DNA of 45,246 nucleotides from an uncultured Lachnoclostridium sp. (lineage in GTDB: Bacteria > Bacillota > Clostridia > Lachnospirales > Lachnospiraceae): contig CAMOYG010000001.1 in NCBI GenBank assembly GCA_946629655.1, positions 1 through 45,246 of the forward strand, given 5' to 3'. The position numbers and the translations under genes are program-made. A model generated the notes under the pieces. It had not been told where the DNA came from and searched no databases. It saw only the letters and a program-made list of their open reading frames with translations. Shown here piece by piece: positions 8,305-15,674 of the stretch (within the stretch, counting starts at the first letter, position 1; each line of letters opens with the position of its first letter).

Positions 8305-8838
8305 TTATTTCCTTTCTTTCTCGCTGCCTGCCCGAAGGCCCGGAAATACAATGAAGGAAAGCTCATTCTCCTGATAGAAAAAGAAGAAAAGATACATCAG
8401 AAGAAAGGCCGATACCGTCACATAGATGTCCGCCACATTGAATACGGGAAAATCAATCAGGGAAAAATACAGAAAATCCACCACAAAGCCGTTCAGCGTC
8501 CGGTCGATGAGATTGCCCACGGCGCCGTAAAATAAGAGGGACAAAGTCAGGGCCAGGGGAAGAAAGCGCTTTGTCATCGGGATGATCTTCAGGATATACA
8601 GGATTCCGACAAGAACCACCGCCGTCAGGATAAAGAAGAGAATCCGGCCGCCCTGGAGCATGCCGAAGGCAGCGCCCCTGTTTTCCACATACCGGAGTTC
8701 AAAGACGCCGGGAATCAGCACGATGGGGGCCTTCCCCATCAGGTGGTCGACGGCCAGCTTCTTCGTATACTGGTCGAGAAAGGTTGCAATAAGAAGTCCT
8801 GCGGCAAAGAGCAGGAAAAACTGTTTTCTGGATTTCAT
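8305..8838 (-). CDS. lspA: Lipoprotein signal peptidase II
   Basis: DQYTK, NRGAAFG, GAVGNLIDR, VVDF and FPVFNVAD motifs with hydrophobic segments. Confidence 0.95.
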   Translation of the reverse strand: MKSRKQFFLLFAAGLLIATFLDQYTKKLAVDHLMGKAPIVLIPGVFELRYVENRGAAFGMLQGGRILFFILTAVVLVGILYILKIIPMTKRFLPLALTLSLLFYGAVGNLIDRTLNGFVVDFLYFSLIDFPVFNVADIYVTVSAFLLMYLFFFFYQENELSFIVFPGLRAGSEKERK

Positions 8839-8927
8839 CTGGTTTTATCCTCACAGGTATTAAAGGTATTGGATGCAGGCAGCAGCGGGAACGGGACAGA
8901 AAGGCCGTGGGAATGGGAGCTGCTCGG

Positions 8928-9689
8928 TCATGCGAACAGTTCGCAGTTTACAAAGCAGCGTCCCTTCCGGGTTTCCTTTTCTACGCCGAGAAACCGGAAC
9001 TTGCCGAGCCCTCTCACGGAGACAACCTCCCCCTCCTTCAGCTGATGTGCCGCTGAAAGCACCTGACGGCCGTCACAAAAGACTTTTCCCCCTTCGATAT
9101 AGGGAGTTACCTTTCCGCGGGAAAGACGGAATACGAGGGCGATAACGGCGTCCAGCCGGGGTGAGGCCACAGAGCCTCCGACCGGCAGATAATTCCGGGC
9201 AATTTCCTCTTCTTCCCCGGCGCGGACGCAGTCCACATCGGTATGGCGCACCCGTCGGAATTCTTCACAGAGATAATCTGCCATCCGTTCCAGGCAGAAC
9301 AGCTGTGCGCCGCTCTCCGATACCAGGATGTCGCCGATATTGGAACGCTCAATACCCAGGTTCATCAGGGAGCCGAGGTAATCCCGGTGGGTCAGCTTCT
9401 CCGCAAAGCGCAGGTCCCGGGGTGTTACGGCAAGCCGTACGACAGGGAGATGCTCCCTTCCGGATTCACTGCTGTAAGACGGAAGAAAACAGACAACTCT
9501 TCGTTCCGCGTCTTCATAACCGCCGTCCAGCAGATATCTCACGGGGGGCAGGTCGTGAAGAACAGAATGAAAAACTGTCTGTTCCTCCAGTCCGAGAAAA
9601 TCAGTGCAAGACGGAACATCTCGCTGCCAGGTGGCATCGGCCAGTTCCGCAATGCGCTTTTTCAGGATCATATTCTCTTTATCATTCAT
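8928..9689 (-). CDS. ylmH: YlmH family S4-domain RNA-binding protein
   Basis: TDFL, GGYEDAERR, HRDYLGSLMNLGIERSNIGDI and C-terminal S4 (SPRLDAV...SVRGLGK). Follows sepF. Confidence 0.9.
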   Translation of the reverse strand: MNDKENMILKKRIAELADATWQRDVPSCTDFLGLEEQTVFHSVLHDLPPVRYLLDGGYEDAERRVVCFLPSYSSESGREHLPVVRLAVTPRDLRFAEKLTHRDYLGSLMNLGIERSNIGDILVSESGAQLFCLERMADYLCEEFRRVRHTDVDCVRAGEEEEIARNYLPVGGSVASPRLDAVIALVFRLSRGKVTPYIEGGKVFCDGRQVLSAAHQLKEGEVVSVRGLGKFRFLGVEKETRKGRCFVNCELFA

Positions 9690-9700
9690 AATACGTAGAA

Positions 9701-10228
9701 TTACAGATGGAGATTCATACCGGAGATGTTCAGGGAACCATCCGGCATCAGCTCCGGGAAATCGCCGGAAAGCTCAACGCTGGCCGGTGTCGCAATAAAG
9801 ATATAGTTGGAAATCTTCTGCAGGTTTCCGTTCATGGAATAGGTGGCGCCGCAGGTGAAATCGATGATTCTCTGTGCCATCTCCATGCGCATGCCTTCCA
9901 TGTTCAGCACAACGGCCTTGCCGCTCAGAAGGAGATCGCAGATCTCACGGGTGTCTTCCATGGAACTGGGCTTTACCAGAGAAACTTCCATCTGGCGCTT
10001 CATCGGAACTACTTTATTGTTAGCAGAGGATCTTGCCGGAAGGAAACGGGCCTTCGGCTGCTCCTGCACTTCCTCTGTATTATCTTCTTCACGCTCTGCA
10101 CTGCGTCCAAACAGCTTCTTTCTGGGAGCAGGCTCTTCCTCTTCGAATTCTTCCTCGTCGTCGTAGAATTCGTCGTCATCCGGCTCGGTAAGACGCATGG
10201 TGTCCATCAGTTTGCTGAAAATGCTCAT
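9701..10228 (-). CDS. sepF: Cell division protein SepF
   Basis: Amphipathic N-terminus, acidic linker, and 'VVLNMEG...AQRIIDFTCGATYSMNGNLQKISNYIFIATP'. Confidence 0.95.
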   Translation of the reverse strand: MSIFSKLMDTMRLTEPDDDEFYDDEEEFEEEEPAPRKKLFGRSAEREEDNTEEVQEQPKARFLPARSSANNKVVPMKRQMEVSLVKPSSMEDTREICDLLLSGKAVVLNMEGMRMEMAQRIIDFTCGATYSMNGNLQKISNYIFIATPASVELSGDFPELMPDGSLNISGMNLHL

Positions 10229-10245
10229 ATTTCATACTCCCCACT

Positions 10246-10929
10246 CTAGGTTCGGGCGCCGAAGATGGCGGTGCCCACTCTTATCATTGAAGCACCCTCT
10301 TCCACAGCAACCTCGTAATCGTTCGTCATACCCATTGAGAGTGCGCTCACATAAACATTATCAAGGTTTTTACTTTTGGTGTCAACCGCCAAATCTGACA
10401 ATTTTCTGAAGAATTTCCGGTTATCTTCGGGCGTTTCCGTGTCGGGAGCACTGGTCATAAAACCGCGGATATGCACTCTGGGAAATGCCGCAATGGCGCG
10501 CACCGCATCTTCTGTTTCTTCCAGCCGGAACCCGAACTTGGTCTCCTCTTCGGCCACATTGACCTCCAGAAGAATATCCACATCCAGGTCCTGCTTTTCG
10601 GCTTCCTTCTCAATCTTTTCCGCCAGCTCCACGGTATCCACGGAGTGAATCAGGCAGGCCGTCCCGATAATCTGACGGACCTTGTTCTTCTGGAGATGGC
10701 CGATCATATGCCAGCGCACATCCGCCGGCATTAGGGGTGCTTTCCGCAGAATCTCCTGTACTTTATTCTCTCCGAAATCCCGGATACCGGCCTCGTAGGC
10801 TTCCATCATCAGCTCGATGGGCTTTGTCTTGCTGACGGCGATGAGAAGAACATCCTCCGGCTTTCTGCCGGCCCGGAGTGCCGCTGCCGTAAGCTTTTCC
10901 TGCACTTCCCGCAGATTCTCTCTGACCAT
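10246..10929 (-). CDS. yggS: YggS/YlmE PLP homeostasis protein
   Basis: IAVSKTK, FGENKVQE, WHMIGHLQKNK, LSMGMTND and IRVGTAIFG motifs; GGAGG SD. Confidence 0.95.
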   Translation of the reverse strand: MVRENLREVQEKLTAAALRAGRKPEDVLLIAVSKTKPIELMMEAYEAGIRDFGENKVQEILRKAPLMPADVRWHMIGHLQKNKVRQIIGTACLIHSVDTVELAEKIEKEAEKQDLDVDILLEVNVAEEETKFGFRLEETEDAVRAIAAFPRVHIRGFMTSAPDTETPEDNRKFFRKLSDLAVDTKSKNLDNVYVSALSMGMTNDYEVAVEEGASMIRVGTAIFGART

Positions 10930-10968
10930 ACAAACCTCCCTGCTGTCTTCTCTTCTGCGCCTTCTTTA

Positions 10969-12372
10969 CTACTGGTAAATCAGCTGTCCGTCCTGAATGG
11001 TGGATGCGTCCAGCACGATATGGTCATATACCGACAGCCCGTACCGGGTGTCCTTTTTCACAATCACGTATTCCCCGTTGGAGGCCAGTTCCTCGATATA
11101 CTTGAAGACGGCGTAGCCCTTGTTGATATTGTAGGCGCCGGCTCGTGTCTCGGTGGCGCCCACCTGATAGCGCTCCGTCGAATCCGGCATCACCAGATAG
11201 TCGCCGGATTTGATGGCGCCCTCTTCCACCTTTTCCACGTAGACGTAGTTTTCGTCCTGATTGAAAATCTCTACCGGCGTGAATTCCACAGAACTCTCGC
11301 CGTTCTCGCCGTAAACCTCTTTCAAAAAGCCGTTTTCGCCGGGATTGGCGTCCCCGCCGCCGGTGAGGTAGGCCACGGGAATGGTGAAGAATTCCCTCTC
11401 CACGATGGATGTCACGGGGATCTTAAGACCCCGCGCCTCGTCGGAAATGACCTCAAAATCCATGAAACGGTCGGCGCAGTATTCAATCATATATTTGTCA
11501 AAATCCAGCTTGCCGTACTTGGTGCCGTCGGTCCCGGCAAAGGTGCTGTATCGTCCCACCAGCTTCAGATCGGATGCAGCCGGCTTAATCGTCAGACTCC
11601 GGCGGTCGGCAAAGTTCTGCTCCGACTCCTCGTCCAGCGGGAATACCACGGACCAGTCCTCGGAGGAAATCAGCTTATAGACCGGGGTTCCGGCCTCGGT
11701 CAGTTCACCGGATTTAATGCTCTTTCTGCTGTACTTGGTACGGTCAAACAGCTCCGGTGTCACGGTGGTGGAATCGATCCCTTCATAGCCGTCCACGGCA
11801 TAGGAAACCACGCCGGCCTCACCCGTCGTAATCTGCTGATAATTGATGCCGTGCTCCTGAAGCGCCGCGTCCAGACTGTCCATCGCATTGATATTCATAT
11901 ATTCGGCGACGGAGGACTGCAGCGCATACTGGGCGGAATAGACGGAACCGAAATCCGCGTCGTAATAAGACAGGGAAAAGGCGCTCAGCTGCTTTTTGAG
12001 CTCCGACAGATTCTCGGAAGAAAGGTCGGAGCCCTGAGCCCGGTTCTCTTCCAGGAACTTGCCCAGCTCGCCGGTCTCATCCAGCGAATAGATACGGGAC
12101 CCGCGGGCAGCCCGCTTGCCCTCACGGATGAAATAATTGACGTAGCCGGTGCTCTGGGTCTGCTGTACGGACTCCTGACGGAAAATGATTCCGGTATAAG
12201 TTTTGTCGTTGACGATACTTCCTTCCGAAACCTCATAAAACTGGACCTTGTCCCGCTTTGCATACGCATAGAGGCTGAAGGCAAGATATACGAAGATGGC
12301 GGCAAAGATAATCACGCCGATATTGAGATGAAACGGCCGCCTGTAGCGGATGACTTTCCTGTTTCTCGCCAT
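10969..12372 (-). CDS. Membrane-anchored HlyD/adaptor-like conserved protein (467 aa)
   Basis: Basic N-terminus, one TM helix, barrel-sandwich-like halves (GYVNYFIREG ... AGVVSYAVDGYE) around a helical region, then GLKIPVTSIV and GLSVYDHIV. Start moved to ATG 12372 after AGAGGA. Confidence 0.7.
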   Translation of the reverse strand: MARNRKVIRYRRPFHLNIGVIIFAAIFVYLAFSLYAYAKRDKVQFYEVSEGSIVNDKTYTGIIFRQESVQQTQSTGYVNYFIREGKRAARGSRIYSLDETGELGKFLEENRAQGSDLSSENLSELKKQLSAFSLSYYDADFGSVYSAQYALQSSVAEYMNINAMDSLDAALQEHGINYQQITTGEAGVVSYAVDGYEGIDSTTVTPELFDRTKYSRKSIKSGELTEAGTPVYKLISSEDWSVVFPLDEESEQNFADRRSLTIKPAASDLKLVGRYSTFAGTDGTKYGKLDFDKYMIEYCADRFMDFEVISDEARGLKIPVTSIVEREFFTIPVAYLTGGGDANPGENGFLKEVYGENGESSVEFTPVEIFNQDENYVYVEKVEEGAIKSGDYLVMPDSTERYQVGATETRAGAYNINKGYAVFKYIEELASNGEYVIVKKDTRYGLSVYDHIVLDASTIQDGQLIYQ

Positions 12373-12403
12373 GGTTGCGTGTCCTCTGATGACTACAGGA
12401 ATA

Positions 12404-12439
12404 CAGGCGCAGGAACGGATAGGTCCGTGCCGGCGCCTG
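12404..12439 (-). other. Intergenic stem-loop (weak terminator, or mRNA processing/stability element)
   Basis: CAGGCGC-a-GG-a-ACGGA-tagg-TCCGT-g-CC-g-GCGCCTG: 14 paired bases with two mismatches and no strong U tract. Confidence 0.4.
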
Positions 12440-12479
12440 CACTCTGTCATATATTAACCTGATACTGGTTCAGCGAAAA

Positions 12480-12899
12480 TTAGAGAGAAACAATAATGTT
12501 CTCCTTGAATGCTTCCGGAATCTCATGCGCATCTCTGGAAATGCTGAGGATGAAATCCACATGATACTTCTTGCTGAGGCTGTCGATCATGGTGAGCACG
12601 TGCTCGATGTCCTCGCCCTCAAGACTGGAAAGCTTGATGAAGCTGTCAAGATACATCTGCTCCAGGTCATGGTCCTGGCAGATGATGCCGCAGAGAAATC
12701 CCACGAATCCTTCCCCGTTCTCAATCGGGTACTCCTGTACATTGATCAGTCGGATGCGGTTGTTGAGCTCATACATGTGCTTGGAGCTCTTGTCAAGGTA
12801 AACGACGGTACCCTTGGACTCCTTCACAGCCTTGTTGGCCATGTCAAGAAGATACTTTGTCTTACCTTTACCTTTTCCGCCTGCAATAATCTGAACCAT
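12480..12899 (-). CDS. Small conserved P-loop protein (139 aa)
   Basis: Walker A 'IIAGGKGKGKT' at the N-terminus and Walker-B-like 'MYLDS'. ATG 12899 is 8 nt after AGGAGG. Confidence 0.8.
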   Translation of the reverse strand: MVQIIAGGKGKGKTKYLLDMANKAVKESKGTVVYLDKSSKHMYELNNRIRLINVQEYPIENGEGFVGFLCGIICQDHDLEQMYLDSFIKLSSLEGEDIEHVLTMIDSLSKKYHVDFILSISRDAHEIPEAFKENIIVSL

Positions 12900-12979
12900 A
12901 GTCATGTCCTCCTTGTTTCCGCATATTGTAATCTCGTCAAATACGGTTATTGTTCTTTTAAATGATTGATTATGTACCA

Positions 12980-13008
12980 ATTATAGTATAAACCCGCCGG
13001 AATCGCAA
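12980..13008 (-). promoter_or_regulatory. Sigma-A promoter for the P-loop/HlyD-like/yggS/sepF cluster
   Basis: TTGCGA, N17, TATAAT on the minus strand. Confidence 0.7.
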
Positions 13009-13011
13009 CGA

Positions 13012-14061
13012 CTAATTAACCGCTTTCGAGATTATATTTGTCATATCCGAATAGAGCGCGGGCCGGTCTGCCGCTTTGAGAACCACCGAGATGAATTCCC
13101 GCTGCGAACCATCCTGCTCTCCCATAATGAGACAGGAGCCGGCAGCCTTGGTGGTTCCGGTTTTTCCGCCGAGGGCGGTCAGTCCCGACGGTACCTGGGC
13201 CTTTCCGGCAAGATACCAGTTGCTGTTCTCCCACTTCTTCAGGACCGGCATGCCCTGGGCTGAGGTATATACGCCGTCATGGGCCACCGTACCGATGATT
13301 TCCCGGAACAGCGGCTGCTTCATAGCCTCCCGGAAAATCAGGTAAAGATCGTAGGCCGTGGTGTAATGATTGTCGTCATTCAGCCCGCTGGGATTCATAA
13401 AGTGGGTACTCGTGGCACCCAGTTCCCAGGCGCGCCGGTTCATGTGCTCCGCAAAGGCTTCCACGCTGCCGTCCAGATGAACGGCGATGGCATTGGCCGC
13501 ATCATTGCCCGAAGGGAGAAGAAGGCCGTACATCAATTCACGCATGGAGATCCGGTCTCCCGGCTGGATGCCGCACATGGATGCGCCGGGTTCTGTGATA
13601 AGGACAGCGTCGGTTACGGTGACCACATCGTCCATATTGCCGTTCTCCAGCGCAAGAAGCGCTGTCATGACCTTTGTGATGCTGGCGGGGTACATACGGG
13701 CAAACAGATTCCTTCCGCACAGCACCGTGTGTTCCGTATCATTGAACAGACCGCCGGCCTCGCAGGTAAGTCCTTCATCCGCAAGGGAACCGGAGGGCTC
13801 GGCGACACAGAGGTCTTCCGCAAACATGGAAAGCCTGCCGTTACGGACAGAAACCGTCTGCATCAGCTGCGGCTCCCGCACAGAAGCCTGATACCGCTCC
13901 TTTTCAAAACGCCGGCCGGACCAGAAAAAGAGGCCGCCTGCGACAAGGATTATCAGAAATACAACCGGGAGACATCCGGCCCGGAATCTTCTGCGGCGGC
14001 GTCTGCGCCGGTAGTGTCCACGGGTCTTCTGGCTCCCGGTACGATTATAATTCTCACTCAT
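13012..14061 (-). CDS. D-alanyl-D-alanine carboxypeptidase (peptidase S11)
   Basis: SxxK (PASITK), SxN (PSGND) and KTG motifs; Arg-rich N-terminus followed by a TM anchor. ATG 14061 overlaps the mgsA stop (ATGA). Confidence 0.9.
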   Translation of the reverse strand: MSENYNRTGSQKTRGHYRRRRRRRRFRAGCLPVVFLIILVAGGLFFWSGRRFEKERYQASVREPQLMQTVSVRNGRLSMFAEDLCVAEPSGSLADEGLTCEAGGLFNDTEHTVLCGRNLFARMYPASITKVMTALLALENGNMDDVVTVTDAVLITEPGASMCGIQPGDRISMRELMYGLLLPSGNDAANAIAVHLDGSVEAFAEHMNRRAWELGATSTHFMNPSGLNDDNHYTTAYDLYLIFREAMKQPLFREIIGTVAHDGVYTSAQGMPVLKKWENSNWYLAGKAQVPSGLTALGGKTGTTKAAGSCLIMGEQDGSQREFISVVLKAADRPALYSDMTNIISKAVN

Positions 14062-14453
14062 CGGTAAAGCTCTCTCCATTCCAGATCGCCCCGGTCGAGG
14101 GCCTTAATCAGAAGCTCTGCCGTCGCAAGATTGGTTGCCATGGGAATATTGTGGGTATCGCAGAGCTGTACGCAGTCATTGACATTCGGCTCATGGGGCT
14201 TGGGAGCCAGCGGATCTCTCAGGAAAATGAGAAGATCGATCTGATTGTTCTCAATCTGTGAACCCAGCTGCTGGCTGCCGCCGAGATGTCCCGGCAGAAG
14301 CTTATGCACGGACAGGTTGGTCACCTCTTCTATCAGACGTCCCGTGGTGCCGGTGGCGTAAAGCTCGTGCTTTGTGAGAATTCCCCGGTACGCAATGCAG
14401 AAATTCTGCATCAGTTTTTTCTTTGCATCGTGAGCAATGAAGCCTATATTCAT
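14058..14453 (-). CDS. mgsA: Methylglyoxal synthase homologue with a degenerate active site
   Basis: IAHDAKK, YATGTTG, IFLRDP and NIPMATNLATA place it in the family. The canonical GGDQQ reads GGSQQ and HEPDV reads HEPNV. Confidence 0.85.
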   Translation of the reverse strand: MNIGFIAHDAKKKLMQNFCIAYRGILTKHELYATGTTGRLIEEVTNLSVHKLLPGHLGGSQQLGSQIENNQIDLLIFLRDPLAPKPHEPNVNDCVQLCDTHNIPMATNLATAELLIKALDRGDLEWRELYR

Positions 14454-14466
14454 CTGTGTCTCCTCC

Positions 14467-15591
14467 TTACTGCTCCTCGGTTTCCTTCTGAAGTCCGATA
14501 TTCAGAACGATGCCTGTCCCGATAAACATGCTCATCAGTGAAGTCAGACCGGAACTGATAAATGGGAGCGGCAGTCCGGTATTCGGAAAAATTCCGGTCG
14601 CTACGGCAATATTTGCAAAGCTCTGAAATGCCACAAGGGCTGCCATGCCGGTGGCGATGATTCTGCCCTCCGTATCCTTCGCGTGGGCGCCTATCCAGAG
14701 GCACTCAAATACCAGAAGGGCGTACAGCATGATGACGGCGGTACAGCCGACAAATCCCAGTTCTTCACCGATAATTGCGAAAATAAAATCTGTTCTCTCC
14801 TCGGAGAGGAAATTACCGTTCTTGACGGAAGCCAGCGTATTGTTGAACAGTCCCTTGCCCGTCAGCTGTCCGGATCCGATGGCCATGATGGAATTGTTCT
14901 GCTGGCGGTTCAGGTCCGCGTACTGATTGTTGCTGTTGAAGAACCTGGCGAGAATACGCTCTGCCTGGTACTGTTTCAGGAAAGGAATCAGCCCGTGCAG
15001 CGCCAGATAAAGAAGCGCCGAAACCGATGGTATGCCGAAGGCCAGGGTTCCCAGGATCCAGCGGTAGCTGAGGCCTGCGGCAAACAGCATGCTGAAGATA
15101 ATGACCGCAATAACGATGGTCGTGGACAGGTTGGGCTGCAGGTAAACCAGCACCAGCGGAATTCCCGCCAGAAGTGCAACACGCGCGATGGTGGCGGAAC
15201 GGTTGAGCACCTCGATAAACCTGGAAAGATACCAGGCCATAAAAAGAATCAGGCCGATCTTTACAAACTCGGAGGGCTGTATCGTGATGGGGCCCACCTT
15301 GAGCCAGCGGGTTGCGCCGTTGGTGCTTCTGCCCCGGATCAGAACCAGGACAAGAAACGCGATGCAGACGCCGTATATAACCCAGGAAAAACGGTTGAAC
15401 CAGTGATAATCGATCATTGAGATCACGACGCAGATGGTAATCGATATCACAACGCCGATGATCTGCTTGATGGCTACGGAAGGATCCTGAATGCTAGCGC
15501 TGCGGATGGCCATGATGCCGATGATGCTCAGGAACGTGGTATACAGCAGCAGACGAAGATTGTAATTCCGGAAATGATAATCAAACAGCAT
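14467..15591 (-). CDS. rodA: Rod shape-determining SEDS protein RodA
   Basis: GATRWL, IQPSEFVK, QPNLST, TDFIFAIIGEELGF and PNTGLPLPFISSG motifs. Lies downstream of PBP2. Confidence 0.9.
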   Translation of the reverse strand: MLFDYHFRNYNLRLLLYTTFLSIIGIMAIRSASIQDPSVAIKQIIGVVISITICVVISMIDYHWFNRFSWVIYGVCIAFLVLVLIRGRSTNGATRWLKVGPITIQPSEFVKIGLILFMAWYLSRFIEVLNRSATIARVALLAGIPLVLVYLQPNLSTTIVIAVIIFSMLFAAGLSYRWILGTLAFGIPSVSALLYLALHGLIPFLKQYQAERILARFFNSNNQYADLNRQQNNSIMAIGSGQLTGKGLFNNTLASVKNGNFLSEERTDFIFAIIGEELGFVGCTAVIMLYALLVFECLWIGAHAKDTEGRIIATGMAALVAFQSFANIAVATGIFPNTGLPLPFISSGLTSLMSMFIGTGIVLNIGLQKETEEQ

Positions 15592-15617
15592 GAAAAAATC
15601 CTTTTCTGTCAGATAAT

Positions 15618-15646
15618 ATTCTACATGAACCGGCAGAACCTTACAA
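15618..15646 (-). promoter_or_regulatory. Sigma-A promoter for rodA-mgsA-dac
   Basis: TTGTAA, N17, TAGAAT in the 83-bp gap between PBP2 and rodA. Confidence 0.6.
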
Positions 15647-15674
15647 GTAAAAAGTTGGCTGCCCGCGGCGGATT

